A stretch of 32,000 nt of DNA from an uncultured Chloroflexia bacterium (lineage in GTDB: Bacteria; Chloroflexota; Anaerolineae; Anaerolineales; Anaerolineaceae). Shown piece after piece: positions 1 through 10,641 of this stretch. The stretch is taken from assembly GCA_963704755.1 (NCBI GenBank), contig OY969938.1:210001-242000 (forward strand), in the 5' to 3' direction. The notes below the pieces were generated by a model, which saw nothing but the letters and a program-made list of their open reading frames with translations, was not told the origin of the DNA and did not search any database. Position 1 is the first letter of the stretch; every line of letters begins with the position of its first letter. The position numbers and the translations under genes were made by a program.

Positions 1-1951
1 TCCGATTCGATTATGAACGGTTATCCTTTCGGCGAAGATCCGCTTTCCGGGTTGTGGTACCCACTGGGCTGGCTGGCTTACCTGGCTCCACTGCAAGCCG
101 GATTTTACCTGACGGTATTGCTGCACCTGTATTGGGGTGGGTTAGGCGCGGTCAAGTTCCTGCAAAAATTAGGGCTGAGGTCTATGGCCGCCTTCACGGG
201 TGGGGTAGCATTCATGCTCATGCCTAAAGTGTTTGCGCATTTCGCCGGAGGGCATGTGACTTTGCTTTATGCGGTCTCCTGGACTCCCTGGCTCTTGCTG
301 GCCGAAGAAACTCACATCCATAACCTGCTATCTTCCTCGCGGCGCTGGTGGTTTTTACCCGGAACCGTTCTGGGGATTATCGCATTGGCGGATATCCGCT
401 GGCTGGCTTATGCCACGCTGCTTTGGTGTTTTTATGGCTTGGTGCGGATTCGGGCGCAAAGTAAAGGCGCTGACAGGCGGTTGGTGACCCGTTGGATCGG
501 TTCGACAAGTTTAAACGTGATCGTTTGCCTGGGGATTGCCGCGGTGTTACTGGTCGGATTGGCCCAATACACCGGGTATTCCACGCGCAGCCAGATGACC
601 CCGGCGGATGTGCTGATCTATTCGCTGCCGGCCAAACGCCTGCTTGGCCTTTTAATTCCTCAATTTGATGGGTTTACCGAATGGGTAGTGTACCCAGGTA
701 TCGTGATCCTCAGCCTGGCGATCTACTGCCTGGGAAATCGAGAAACCCGCCGGACGAGCTGGTTGTGGACCGGGGTCGTGTTCGGCTCTTTTTTGTTCGC
801 AATGGGCTCCGCAATCCCTGGGATGAACTATCTGGCCGGGCTGCCGGTGTTCAATTTGTTGCGTGTCCCGCCGCGGATCCTGTTCATCGGTTGTTTCGGG
901 CTGATCGTTTTGGCTGCATATGGACTGGATGATTTGCTGCGGCGCACAAAGTTGAGCGGTTTCGACCCGGTATTTTTCCTTACCCCGGTGGGTGGATTTG
1001 TCCTGTTCCTGGGTGGCGGGGTGTTTTGGCTCACGCATACCGTTTCGACATCCTATGTCTGGTCACTGGCCGGCTGGGGGTCTGCCCTGGCACTGATTGC
1101 TATGAAAGAGCGGGGCAGGATCGGTGAACGCTGGGCAGGGGGATTATTTTTGATTTTGATTGCCGTCGATTTATCGCTGGCTGATTTTAGCCAGATACAG
1201 CATGTGCAATGGCCGGTCGCCATCGGCGCGGATGAGAAAGCGACGCTGAATTACCTCGCGGAACAACCCGGGCTATTCCGGGTGTATACACCTTCGTATT
1301 CAATTTCACAACTGGGTGCGGCTGAATATGGGCTGGAACTGGCCAATGGAGTTCGACCCGCTGCAGTTATCAACGGTGGCCGCTTACGTTAATCAAGCCA
1401 GCGGGGTATCCGCGCAGGGCTATTCAGTCACGCTGCCATATCTTCTGGGCGAAAACGGCCAATACAACCAGGGCTCCGTTCCGGATCTGGCGGCGTTGGG
1501 TTTGCTGAACGTGCGTTATGTAATAACCAATTATGCGCTGGATCTTGCCGGTGCTGACCTGGTTTTCCAGTCCGGGGATACCCGCGTGTATGAAAACGCA
1601 AAGGCAAACCCACGGGCATGGATTCAACCTGCAGGTGCGGATGTGGGCACCCAAATTCGATCCGTAAACCATTTGGAGATCGCTGCGGATAAAGTGATCG
1701 TCCAGGCACAGGGACCCGGCCGGTTCGTCTTGTCCGAAATCTTCTACCCGGGCTGGACAGCGACGATCGATGGAAAGCCCGCAGAGATTTTGCGTGTAGC
1801 CAATTTGTTTCGTGGGATCGATTTAGATGCGGGCAATCACTTGATCGTAATGACCTACCGGCCTGTTCAGCTATACGCCGGAATGGGTTTGTCTGGGTTA
1901 AGTTGGTTGCTGGTTATTGCCGGCCTGCTGTTGGGGAGAAAAATTCATTGA
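1..1951 (+). pseudogene. YfhO-family polytopic membrane protein (GT-C-like glycosyltransferase family). It is 5'-partial at the window edge and interrupted by a 1-nt frameshift near 1352.
   Basis: ORF 13..1392 (its frame is open back to base 1) and ORF 1316..1951 in the next frame read as one protein. The junction ...AAEYGLELANGV|DPLQLSTVAAYVNQ... is restored by removing one T from GTTC at 1351-1354. The protein has many hydrophobic TM segments. Its C-terminus FYPGWTATIDGKPAEILRVANLFRGIDLDAGNHLIVMTYRP is the YfhO-type C-terminal motif and is paralogous to the C-terminus of 3552..5915. Confidence 0.7.
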
Positions 1952-3555
1952 CCGCCATCACCAAAGAGGAAAAACGCTGGCTGTTATATTTCTCGATCGG
2001 GATGATCGTATTGACCACACTGCCGTATGTGTTGGGATACACACTGCAAGGGCAGCAGTGGCGCTTTAGCGGCTTTTTTATCGGTGTGGAGGACGGCAAT
2101 TCATACATCGCCAAAATGCTGACAGGGGCGAACGGAAGCTGGTTGTTTAGAACCCCGTATACGGCTTATCCGCAAAGTGGGGCATTTACTTTTTTCCCCT
2201 ACCTCCTTCTGGGCAAATTGACTGCATCCCCCGGCCAACACGAGCAATTGGTGGCGCTTTTTCAATTGCTCCGCTGCCTGGGAATATTCGCAATGGTTCA
2301 CGCAACCTATGAATTTGCTGCGTTTTTCTTGCAAGAGGTCAAGGCACGCCGGTTTGTGTTGGTTTTGGCGTTGCTGGGCGGGGGGCTGGGCTTTTTAGCA
2401 ACCTTTGGCCTCAAGTTTGGTGGTTATGCCGGCCTGCCCCTCGAATTTTATTCACCCGAGACGTTTGGCTTCCTTTCCGCGCTGACTCTGCCGCACCTGG
2501 CGATCGCCAGGGCGCTGCTGCTGTGGGGCTTGCTGGCTTTTTTGAATTTCAAGCCCGAACGCAGCCTCTTTTGGCAGGCCGGCAAAATTGGCTTGATCTG
2601 GAATCTGCTGGGATTGTTTCAGCCTTTGGACGTGGTCGTCGGTTGGGTGGTCCTCGCCGCCGGTTTTGTGATTGAGTGGACCATCGCTATGATCGAGGCC
2701 CGCAGATCGGAAGCACCGGTTGGGGATCAATGGCGTGAAAAACTAAAATTTATCTTGTGGGCTATCCTGTTTTCAGCTCCAATCCCGGTTTATACGTTTA
2801 TTGCTTTCAACCTGGATCCTTTTCTGCGCACCTGGACAAGCCAAAATATCATCTTGTCCCCGCCGCCGTTGGATTACCTGGCTGGGTTCATCCTGGTGCT
2901 GCCGTTTGCGATTGCTGGGTTGGTGAGATTTGCCGGTGAGCGGAAGCCAGGGTCGGCTTTATTATTGGGCTGGCTGATCCTATTTCCATTTCTGGCGTAT
3001 GCCCCTTATAACCTGCAAAGGCGCCTGCCGGAGGGGATCTGGGTGGCTTTGTGTATCCTGGCAGCCTTGTGCCTGTTCAGGCCTGGGCCAAACGCCTGGG
3101 CACGCTGGAAATGGGTGCCTTATACCGGCCTGGTCACCACCGTGCTGTTATTATTTGGCGGCTACTGGACGGTATTCCATCCGGCCAGCCCGGTCTATTT
3201 ACCCGTGTCCGAAGTGGATGCATTTAATTTTCTGGCAGGCAAACCGGGCAATGAGGTTGTCCTGGCAGATTTCAATTTGTCTAACAGTCTGCCGGCCTGG
3301 GCGAATGCGCGTGCATTGATCGGCCACGGACCGGAAAGTATTCACCTGGCAGTGATCCAGCCCCAGGTCGAATCCTTCCTGGCAGGCAGCCTGAGCGAGG
3401 ACCAGGCGGTGGGGCTGGTCAGCCAGTTCTCGGTTGGATATGTCCTGGTCAGCCCACAAGATGGGTCTGGTGACCTGCCTTATCCATTCCTTGAACCGGT
3501 TTACAAAAAAGACGGATATCAAATTTTTGCGGTCTCGGCCGATAAACTACCATGA
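1948..3555 (+). CDS. Uncharacterised polytopic integral membrane protein, possibly a GT-C-like glycosyltransferase
   Basis: A long ORF (track 1903..3555) made of repeated hydrophobic helices. A TTG at 1948 overlaps the stop of the upstream gene (TTGA), and its own stop overlaps the next ATG (ATGA at 3552-3555), which implies translational coupling. The start is uncertain (1903 ATG, 1948 TTG, or the later MIVLTT). I recognise no family motif. Confidence 0.55.
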   Translation: MTAITKEEKRWLLYFSIGMIVLTTLPYVLGYTLQGQQWRFSGFFIGVEDGNSYIAKMLTGANGSWLFRTPYTAYPQSGAFTFFPYLLLGKLTASPGQHEQLVALFQLLRCLGIFAMVHATYEFAAFFLQEVKARRFVLVLALLGGGLGFLATFGLKFGGYAGLPLEFYSPETFGFLSALTLPHLAIARALLLWGLLAFLNFKPERSLFWQAGKIGLIWNLLGLFQPLDVVVGWVVLAAGFVIEWTIAMIEARRSEAPVGDQWREKLKFILWAILFSAPIPVYTFIAFNLDPFLRTWTSQNIILSPPPLDYLAGFILVLPFAIAGLVRFAGERKPGSALLLGWLILFPFLAYAPYNLQRRLPEGIWVALCILAALCLFRPGPNAWARWKWVPYTGLVTTVLLLFGGYWTVFHPASPVYLPVSEVDAFNFLAGKPGNEVVLADFNLSNSLPAWANARALIGHGPESIHLAVIQPQVESFLAGSLSEDQAVGLVSQFSVGYVLVSPQDGSGDLPYPFLEPVYKKDGYQIFAVSADKLP

Positions 3556-5915
3556 GTTTGCCTGCCTCTGAACAAACCCGACGAACACCTAGCAACTTCT
3601 GGCCCCAGTTGATTGTATTTTTGGCGCCGTTTACTTTATTTGCGCTTCCACTGCTGCTGGGGAAAGTACTTTTTTGGGGCACACCCATGCTGCAATTTAT
3701 CCCCTGGCGGGCATATGCCTATCAGCAAATGGAGCAAGGTATTTTTCCATTGTGGAACCCGCTCAATGGCATGGGGGCACCATTGATGGCAAATTATCAA
3801 ACCGCACTTTTCTATCCACCGGCAGCGGTATTCTATGCTTTCTATCAAATGGGTGGTATATCCGCTTTGGCCTGGGTGTTTACGCTTTCGGTACCGGTTC
3901 ACCTGGGTTGGGCCGGATTGGGCACGGCTTGCTTGCTCGAGGAAATGGGCCTGGGAAAACGCAGCCAGATAGTCGGCGGGTTAGCTTTTGGGTTGTCGGC
4001 CTACCTGATGGCCCGCTCCGGTTTTATCAGCATGATTTGGGCCGGAGCCTGGATGCCCTGGATTGTACTTTCCGTTGAATACCTGATCCGTGGGCGGGGC
4101 AAAATCGGCTGGGGAGCCAGGCTGGTACCGCTTATACTCACGGCAGCGATGCAATTGTTGGCCGGGCACGCCCAGTTAACCTGGTACACCCTGCTTTTTT
4201 CCGGCTTGTGGCTGCTGGTGAGGTCAGACTGGCGGCCGATTTGGAATGTCATCTCGAACCTGGCCGGCTTCCTGAGTGGAATTGTGGCAGCGTGCGCGCT
4301 GGCCCTGGCGCAATTGCTGCCTACCTTCGAATACCTGCTGCAATCAGACCGGGCCAACGCCTACAACCCGGACCTGGCCATGACCTATTCATTCTGGCCC
4401 TGGCATCTATTGACTTTCTTATTCCCGGGAATGTTTGGGAATCCGGGTGTGTCTGGCGGATATTGGGGCTTTGGCGCATTTTGGGAAGACGCTGTTTACA
4501 TCGGGCTGGTCGGGTTCATTCTAGCGTTCAGTACCCTGGGGGTTTTATTCAGAAAAGGTGCCCAAAAACCCACGGAGCGGCGCAGCCTGTTCTTTCTGTG
4601 GGGGATAATGGTGGTCGCCATATTGCTGGCTCTGGGGAACAATACCCCGTTATTTCCCTGGCTGTTCGACCATGTGCCAACCTTTGACATGTTCCAGGCG
4701 CCTTCGCGCTGGATGATCTGGGTCGTGTTCAGTCTGTGCGTATTGGCAGGCATTGCAGCAGATAGCTGGCGAAGGCCGGGTGGAAAAAGGCGTTCGCGCT
4801 ATAAGCTCGGGGTTGTCATTGGAATCGCCACGGTGATTGGGGCAGGAGCCGGCTTGTATTTGTTGAAAAACGAAAATGCCAGCATGTTTTATGCCGTAAT
4901 GGTTTGCGGTGCACTTTTATCGGCTTTGCTCTGGCTGGCTTTACAGGCGCCGGCCGAAGGAGCTGATCCACGCAAAAGCCTGAGATGGCAGGCGCTGGTG
5001 ATTGGACTGATGATGGTGGATCTGGTTTGCGCCAATGCTAGCAGCGTCCCCTTCATGGAGGGAAATTTTTATACCCCCGAAAAGAAACCGGCCAGTTTAT
5101 CGGAAGCCGAAAGCAGCGGAAGACTGTACCTTTCAGCAAGCGCCGAATATGATTTAAAATTCGAGCGGTTTTTGACATTTTCTAGTTTCAAAATCGACGA
5201 GAACTGGGGCGATGTCCGGGAGGTACTTCTGCCGGATTTAAACCTTTTGGAGGGGAAATCTTCGGCCAATAATTTCGATCCGCTGGTGCCGGCCCGTTAT
5301 GCTACCTGGATAAAGACAGTTGATCAGAGCAGTGGCCAAACCCACGAAAATTTCTTGAAGGAAATGGGCGTGACGGCCTGGGAGCAGGCCGATCCGAATG
5401 ATTTAAGCAAGGTCAAATTTACAGCCGTCGAAGATTCGGGCAACCGAGTTGAGTGGGCGCCATGTGCAACGCCGGCTGCTGACGGGCCAGTAGCTTTGAA
5501 ACTCGTCCAAGAAAAAATGACAGATGCGGCGCTAAATTGTATAATTGTTGAGGCAGCCCCGGCGGCGATCGAACCTTCATCCGGGCAGTCATCCACGGGC
5601 CAGGCGGAAATTGTGGAAGATAAACCGGACGAGGTAGTAATTTCTGTCCAGGCTGACCGGGCCGGTTGGCTACGCCTGGCGGATACCTGGTACCCAGGCT
5701 GGGTGGCCACCATCGATGGCCAGCCAACCAGGCTCTACCAGGCCGATTATCTTTTCGAAGCTGTCCAGCTTAGCGCTGGTGAACACCTGATTACAATAAA
5801 ATACCGGCCCATCCCATTTACCGTTGGAGCGCTGGTTAGTATCTTTGGGTGGTTGATTTTAATCGGTGTTATATTTGCCTTATCAGGACGGAACTTTTCA
5901 GCCAAACAGGTATGA
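3552..5915 (+). CDS. YfhO-family membrane protein (putative glycosyltransferase)
   Basis: A 787-aa ORF with about 12 or more TM helices in the N-terminal 500 aa and a soluble C-terminal region. It ends in WYPGWVATIDGQPTRLYQADYLFEAVQLSAGEHLITIKYRP followed by a final TM helix, which is the typical YfhO architecture. Confidence 0.75.
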   Translation: MSLPASEQTRRTPSNFWPQLIVFLAPFTLFALPLLLGKVLFWGTPMLQFIPWRAYAYQQMEQGIFPLWNPLNGMGAPLMANYQTALFYPPAAVFYAFYQMGGISALAWVFTLSVPVHLGWAGLGTACLLEEMGLGKRSQIVGGLAFGLSAYLMARSGFISMIWAGAWMPWIVLSVEYLIRGRGKIGWGARLVPLILTAAMQLLAGHAQLTWYTLLFSGLWLLVRSDWRPIWNVISNLAGFLSGIVAACALALAQLLPTFEYLLQSDRANAYNPDLAMTYSFWPWHLLTFLFPGMFGNPGVSGGYWGFGAFWEDAVYIGLVGFILAFSTLGVLFRKGAQKPTERRSLFFLWGIMVVAILLALGNNTPLFPWLFDHVPTFDMFQAPSRWMIWVVFSLCVLAGIAADSWRRPGGKRRSRYKLGVVIGIATVIGAGAGLYLLKNENASMFYAVMVCGALLSALLWLALQAPAEGADPRKSLRWQALVIGLMMVDLVCANASSVPFMEGNFYTPEKKPASLSEAESSGRLYLSASAEYDLKFERFLTFSSFKIDENWGDVREVLLPDLNLLEGKSSANNFDPLVPARYATWIKTVDQSSGQTHENFLKEMGVTAWEQADPNDLSKVKFTAVEDSGNRVEWAPCATPAADGPVALKLVQEKMTDAALNCIIVEAAPAAIEPSSGQSSTGQAEIVEDKPDEVVISVQADRAGWLRLADTWYPGWVATIDGQPTRLYQADYLFEAVQLSAGEHLITIKYRPIPFTVGALVSIFGWLILIGVIFALSGRNFSAKQV

Positions 5916-6052
5916 ATATCGCATTTTGAGGAGATCACGGGACAGGACCTCGCGATTTCCACAAATTCGGAAATAATTTGTCCACGAGTTTGAGATATTG
6001 TATCCGGACTAAATCAACCAAAAATATAACGGATCCTCCAAGGAGTCATTGA

Positions 6053-7030
6053 ATGGACGCATCCATCGAAAATGTGAAGGATTTTGCTCAAAAAGTCCAG
6101 GGTAACCTGGAAAAAGTGATTGTTGGGAAATCTTCGACACTCGAGCTGGTTGTGATTGGCCTGTTGTGCCAGGGGCATTTGTTGATCGACGACGTGCCGG
6201 GGGTTGGAAAAACTATCCTGGCCCGCAGCCTGGCAAAATCAATGGGCGTAAATTTCAGCCGGATCCAGTTTACGCCGGACATGCTGCCCAGTGATGTTAC
6301 CGGTGTTTCGATTTTCAATCAAATCAATCGCGAATTCGAGTTTCGGGCCGGGCCGATCATGGCCCAAATTGTGCTGGCAGATGAAATCAACCGGGCCACA
6401 CCAAAAACCCAATCGGCCTTATTGGAGGCCATGGAAGAGCGCCAGATTTCGGTGGACGGGGTGACGTACCCGTTACCGAAGCCATTTATGGTCATGGGGA
6501 CCCAAAACCCGATTGAATACGAAGGCACTTTCCCATTACCAGAGGCTCAATTGGACCGCTTCCTGCTGCGCATCCATATCGGCTACCCGACATTGAACGA
6601 CGAAATCCGCGTGCTTGAGCTGCAGCAACTCCACCATCCCATCGAGGATCTGACCGAAGTTACAGATCAGGAAGAGTTGTTGGTGATGCAAGAAGCGATT
6701 AAAACCGTATTCGTGGCAAAGTCGGTGAAAAAATACATGGTCGAATTGACCCGTGCGACCCGTGAACATGCCGATGTCTACCTGGGCGCCAGCCCGCGCG
6801 GCTCCTTGGGGTTGTTCCGGGCCGGCCAGGCCAGGGCAGCCATCCACGGTCGTGATTACGTGCTGCCGGATGACGTGAAAAAGCTGGCCGAATTTATCCT
6901 GGCGCACCGGATGGTCATTCACCCGGCTTCTCGCATGCGTAACCTTTCGGCCGAGCAAATTGTGCGTGAAGTTGTGGAAACCGTGGCAGTTCCGGGCGGC
7001 GACCTGTCACAGAAACCAGAAGAGACATGA
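6053..7030 (+). CDS. MoxR-family AAA+ ATPase
   Basis: Walker [10 protein letters not shown], Walker [10 protein letters not shown], and the MoxR-typical [21 protein letters not shown] and YLGASPRG motifs. An AAGGAG RBS lies 6 nt upstream of the ATG. Confidence 0.9.
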   Translation: MDASIENVKDFAQKVQGNLEKVIVGKSSTLELVVIGLLCQGHLLIDDVPGVGKTILARSLAKSMGVNFSRIQFTPDMLPSDVTGVSIFNQINREFEFRAGPIMAQIVLADEINRATPKTQSALLEAMEERQISVDGVTYPLPKPFMVMGTQNPIEYEGTFPLPEAQLDRFLLRIHIGYPTLNDEIRVLELQQLHHPIEDLTEVTDQEELLVMQEAIKTVFVAKSVKKYMVELTRATREHADVYLGASPRGSLGLFRAGQARAAIHGRDYVLPDDVKKLAEFILAHRMVIHPASRMRNLSAEQIVREVVETVAVPGGDLSQKPEET

Positions 7031-8301
7031 TCGTAAGGAAGACTTTCTTTGTGATCCTGGCCCTGTTGGTGGTGAGCTGGGTAGCGGCCTACTTAACTCC
7101 TTCGACCACCGATTTTGTATACTACCGGATCATTTATCTGTTGATCGGGTTAGTTGTGATTGCCTTAATCTGGACCCTGACCTCGTTACGCTCTGTGGCG
7201 GTTACGCGAGTGGCCAGGGTGTTAAGGCAGCAAGTAGGTCAAATCTTCGAAGAGCGGATTGAAGTGCGCAATAACGGCCATTTCCCGCGCCTGTGGCTGG
7301 AGGTCAAGGACGAAGCCGACATTCCAGGCAAGCAAGGGTCGCGAGTGGTATCCAATATCGGGGCAAACCAGCAGCGGACTTTCTATACCCGTACTCTGTT
7401 GTTGAATCGGGGCGCTTTCCAATTAGGGCCCTCCCAACTGATCTCGGGTGACCCGTTTGGAATTTTTGCCCTGCACCGGTTGGTGAAGAATGACAAAACC
7501 CTGATCGTGCTGCCCTACCTGGAGCAGTTGGATTATTTCCCCGAGCCACCGGGTGAGTTGGCCGGTGGGCGGGCTCAGCGGCGGAAGACACTGGAGGTAA
7601 CCCCCTACGCAGCGGGTGTGCGAGAATATGCCCCTGGCGATCCCTTGAACAGGATCCACTGGCGGACGACCGCCCGAAAGGACCGCCTTATTGTTAAGGA
7701 ATTCGAACAGGACCCGCAGGCCGATATCTGGATTATCCTGGATGCGCAAGCCGGCGTTCATTACGAGCAACCGGATTTGCGCAAGCTGGAAGGCCACGAT
7801 CAATTTTGGGGAGTCACGGATAAAAATCGCATTCAATTACCCCCCAGCACCTTCGAATATGCCGTCGTTTGTGCGGCTTCGGTAGGTAGTTATTTCATTG
7901 CTCGCGAACTGCCGGTAGGCTTTATCAGCGCCGGAAAATTCATGAACGTGATTACACCGGAGCGAGGTGAGCGCCAGATTGGCAAGATCATGGAAACCCT
8001 GGCTTTCGTGAAACCGGAGGGGCATATCCCACTCGAAGGCGTGGTTGAAAGCCAGGCCAAGCAGATTTCACGGGGGAGCATTGTGGTCCTGATCAGCACT
8101 ACCTGTAACGAGGATATTTTGGTCGCCACCGAAATCTTAATGCGCCGTAAGCTCAGGCCGGTAATTATCTTTATCGATCCCTCTGACTTTGGCGCTACCT
8201 GCATAACGGGAACTTTGCGCGAAGAACTGCGAGCGTTTGGCTTCCCGGTTAAAACGGTGCGGCGCGGTGATAATATCAAGGATGCCCTGGAATTGATTTA
8301 A
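7027..8301 (+). CDS. DUF58 domain-containing protein, the usual MoxR partner, with two N-terminal TM helices
   Basis: The start overlaps the moxR stop (ATGA). It carries the DUF58 signature [31 protein letters not shown]. Confidence 0.85.
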   Translation: MIVRKTFFVILALLVVSWVAAYLTPSTTDFVYYRIIYLLIGLVVIALIWTLTSLRSVAVTRVARVLRQQVGQIFEERIEVRNNGHFPRLWLEVKDEADIPGKQGSRVVSNIGANQQRTFYTRTLLLNRGAFQLGPSQLISGDPFGIFALHRLVKNDKTLIVLPYLEQLDYFPEPPGELAGGRAQRRKTLEVTPYAAGVREYAPGDPLNRIHWRTTARKDRLIVKEFEQDPQADIWIILDAQAGVHYEQPDLRKLEGHDQFWGVTDKNRIQLPPSTFEYAVVCAASVGSYFIARELPVGFISAGKFMNVITPERGERQIGKIMETLAFVKPEGHIPLEGVVESQAKQISRGSIVVLISTTCNEDILVATEILMRRKLRPVIIFIDPSDFGATCITGTLREELRAFGFPVKTVRRGDNIKDALELI

Positions 8302-8302
8302 G

Positions 8303-8340
8303 AAAAAGAGGTTGTGCAGAATTTCCGCACAACCTCTTTT
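8303..8340. terminator. Bidirectional intrinsic terminator between convergent DUF58 and mogA genes
   Basis: AAAAAGAGGTTGTGC-(9 nt loop)-GCACAACCTCTTTT. The stem is about 12-14 bp and is flanked by an A-run and a T-run, so it gives a U-tract on either strand. Confidence 0.6.
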
Positions 8341-8345
8341 GATTA

Positions 8346-8849
8346 TCAAACTTTCTCGTGATCGCGATTGCCCTGGGGGTTATCCGTCAGGATATTGACC
8401 GCGTGAGGAAGGACTGGCAAGATCACTTCCAAACCCTCCAATGCGCCTTTAGGACTGCCCGGGAGGTTGACGATCAATGTTTTTTTACGGATACCGGCAA
8501 CGCCGCGGGATAGCATCCCATGGGGCGTGATTTTCAGGCTTTCTGCGCGAATGACTTCTGAAATGCCTGGCGCGACCTTATCGAGGATGGCCAATGTCGC
8601 CTCAGGAGTTGAATCGCGCGGGGCAAAACCGGTACCTCCGCTGGTCAGGATAACCTCGACGTCCCCGGTGTCACACCATTCCGCCAGAATCTTGCTGATC
8701 TGGTCAGGTTCATCCGGGACGATAGCGGTCTTTTCCACACGGTGACTTTCTTGCAAAATCCGCTCGCACAAAACTGGCCCGGACTTGTCTTCACGCGTGC
8801 CGGCAAAAGAGCGGTCGGAGACGGTCAACACGCCAAAACCAATGGACAT
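8346..8849 (-). CDS. mogA: Molybdenum cofactor biosynthesis protein MogA/MoaB (molybdopterin adenylyltransferase family)
   Basis: GVLTVSDRSFAG...DKSGP...VILTSGGTGFAPRDSTPEAT...LSRGVAGIRKKTLIVNLPGSPKG matches the MogA/MoaB fold motifs. I chose the ATG at 8849 (MSIGFGVL), 1 nt after the upstream stop. The track ORF start at 8900 would overlap the upstream gene. Confidence 0.8.
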   Translation of the reverse strand: MSIGFGVLTVSDRSFAGTREDKSGPVLCERILQESHRVEKTAIVPDEPDQISKILAEWCDTGDVEVILTSGGTGFAPRDSTPEATLAILDKVAPGISEVIRAESLKITPHGMLSRGVAGIRKKTLIVNLPGSPKGALEGLEVILPVLPHAVNILTDNPQGNRDHEKV

Positions 8850-8850
8850 G

Positions 8851-10641
8851 TTAATTTTCTTCCGTTCCGGTGACCTTTTTCCACCCGCCGTGGATGCCAT
8901 CTTCAGTTACCCCAAAATAATATTTCATTCCTTCGGGGTTGCGGAATACCAGGTCATAACGCAAGTATTTGCCTTGTTTTTGCTTGCGAAGCAAACCAAA
9001 ATCGCCGTTCCATTGAATGTTTTGTTTATCCGGGCTTTCAGCGATTTCAGTGTAGCGGTCGATGGCGTAATGCCAGAGTTTCCTGGCCGAAGCGCGGGTC
9101 ACGTTTTTGACCACGTTGCCATTGCGCAAATCACGCATGGTGAAATATAGTTTGCCCTGGCGCTCTTCGGGTGCAATGACTTCAACGCCCGTACGCGGAG
9201 CAAAGTTTTGATTGGCCCCGACCGGTTCCGCTGCGGGTTCTTCCGGGTTGCTAACTTCCGCAACCTTGACCGGAGCGGCGGGCGGTTCTGCGTTTGGCAG
9301 GCTGCGCATGACCAGGTTGACAATCTCGTCGCGGACCGCCAGGCCGGTTTCGGCCTCGTCGCGGACATAGATTTTGTTGTCATCCACAGCATAAGGAGTC
9401 TCACTGCCGCGCGGAGTCAAAATACGAATGATCTTCTTCTCGTGGTATTCGTGAATGTCGATGGTGCAATGCAGCGGGGGACTGATGCGATTGTTGATTT
9501 CTTTCTCGAGTTGGCGGATACCCGGTTCCGGCTCGGGAACCCCGGTCGGTTCCTTTTTTGCGTCCTGGCCAAGGCCAATATATAGCGTGCCGCCGTTGGT
9601 GTTAGCGAAAGCGCAAACATCGGCCAGGATGGCATAAAGTTTTCCACCCCGGACGGTCATACTTTCGTGAAACTCCTGGATGATGTTCGAACCTTCATCC
9701 TGGGCGGATTGAATGAAATCAAAGGCGGGCTCTTCCTTGTGGCGATGAGGACGGGTGCGCGAGAAGTCGTTGGACTGGAACAGTTCAAGCAAAGCCTCGA
9801 ACGAGCAATCCGGCAGCAAGACTTCTGTGGCCCGGTCGCCAATTCCCAGGTTCTTTTTACGGACCAGGTCGGTGGTCATCCGGTGCGAATCCGAACCCTG
9901 GATGCAATGCATCCGGCGCGGATATTCCGGCTTGGTTCCACTGAAAAAGGCCGCGGTCGTCCGGGGACCTTTTTGTTCCAGGTCGGTGACCTCCAGGGCG
10001 TGCAGATTGGGGTCCTGGGTGAAGGCAATTTTGGTCTGCCCGCCGAAGTTGAATCCACGCATGGCCACGCCATTACTCGAATTAGCATGGGCGGCAATCA
10101 CCAGGCCACCGTTCTGGTTGACGGTGCGGTACACGGTCAACACGTCATCGGTGGCGCCAACAGTCTGCGAGCCTTCGTCCAGGTGGTCGGGCGGCAAGTT
10201 GAGCGATAGCAGCAGATGTTCCATTTCACGGACCGGCTTATCCGGCGGGAAGATGCAAAGGATGTGGAAGCCAAACGTGGCGGTAAATTCGAAGCCCGGA
10301 AGAACCAGGACTTTATCCATCAAGCGCTGGTATTCTTCCAGCTTTTGCCTTTCATCCGGCAGCAGCCGGCCCAGTTTTTGTAAAAGTTCCAACTGTTCGA
10401 TTTCTTCGCGCAGTTTTCGAATACCTGCCACAGTATTGTGGTCGGTAATCGCAATCATATCGAGGTTACGCGCCTCGGCTTTCTGTAAAATATCCAGGAA
10501 CGTAGCTCCTGGTTGTTGATAATCGCTAGAAGCGGGTGTATGTAAATGTAAATCAATGGTAAACCATTGACTTGTTGAACGAGCATGTTTTTTGCTCAAT
10601 GTTTCTCCTTCAAATGAAGCAGGTACGGCGATGTCAGCCAA
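8851..10641 (-). CDS. Multidomain protein: N-terminal PHP-family phosphoesterase, central AlbA_2/Schlafen-like putative DNA-binding domain, and an unknown C-terminal domain
   Basis: PHP motifs: [39 protein letters not shown]. AlbA_2-like block: [27 protein letters not shown]...[21 protein letters not shown]. The last ~120 aa are unassigned. The start is either TTG at 10641 (8-nt overlap with the receiver gene) or TTG at 10599, which is preceded by GAAGGAG. Confidence 0.65.
   Translation of the reverse strand: MADIAVPASFEGETLSKKHARSTSQWFTIDLHLHTPASSDYQQPGATFLDILQKAEARNLDMIAITDHNTVAGIRKLREEIEQLELLQKLGRLLPDERQKLEEYQRLMDKVLVLPGFEFTATFGFHILCIFPPDKPVREMEHLLLSLNLPPDHLDEGSQTVGATDDVLTVYRTVNQNGGLVIAAHANSSNGVAMRGFNFGGQTKIAFTQDPNLHALEVTDLEQKGPRTTAAFFSGTKPEYPRRMHCIQGSDSHRMTTDLVRKKNLGIGDRATEVLLPDCSFEALLELFQSNDFSRTRPHRHKEEPAFDFIQSAQDEGSNIIQEFHESMTVRGGKLYAILADVCAFANTNGGTLYIGLGQDAKKEPTGVPEPEPGIRQLEKEINNRISPPLHCTIDIHEYHEKKIIRILTPRGSETPYAVDDNKIYVRDEAETGLAVRDEIVNLVMRSLPNAEPPAAPVKVAEVSNPEEPAAEPVGANQNFAPRTGVEVIAPEERQGKLYFTMRDLRNGNVVKNVTRASARKLWHYAIDRYTEIAESPDKQNIQWNGDFGLLRKQKQGKYLRYDLVFRNPEGMKYYFGVTEDGIHGGWKKVTGTEEN

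Noticed and set aside
652-1038. 128-aa and 68-aa minus-strand ORFs inside the first YfhO gene
   Set aside because: They are antisense to hydrophobic membrane-protein coding sequence. Their translations are hydrophilic and low-complexity, and they have no start context.
9667-10519. Long plus-strand ORFs (180 aa and 254 aa) opposite the PHP-domain gene
   Set aside because: They are shadow ORFs antisense to a gene with clear PHP/AlbA_2 motifs. Their translations are Arg/Ser/Gly-rich and low-complexity, with no motifs and no RBS.
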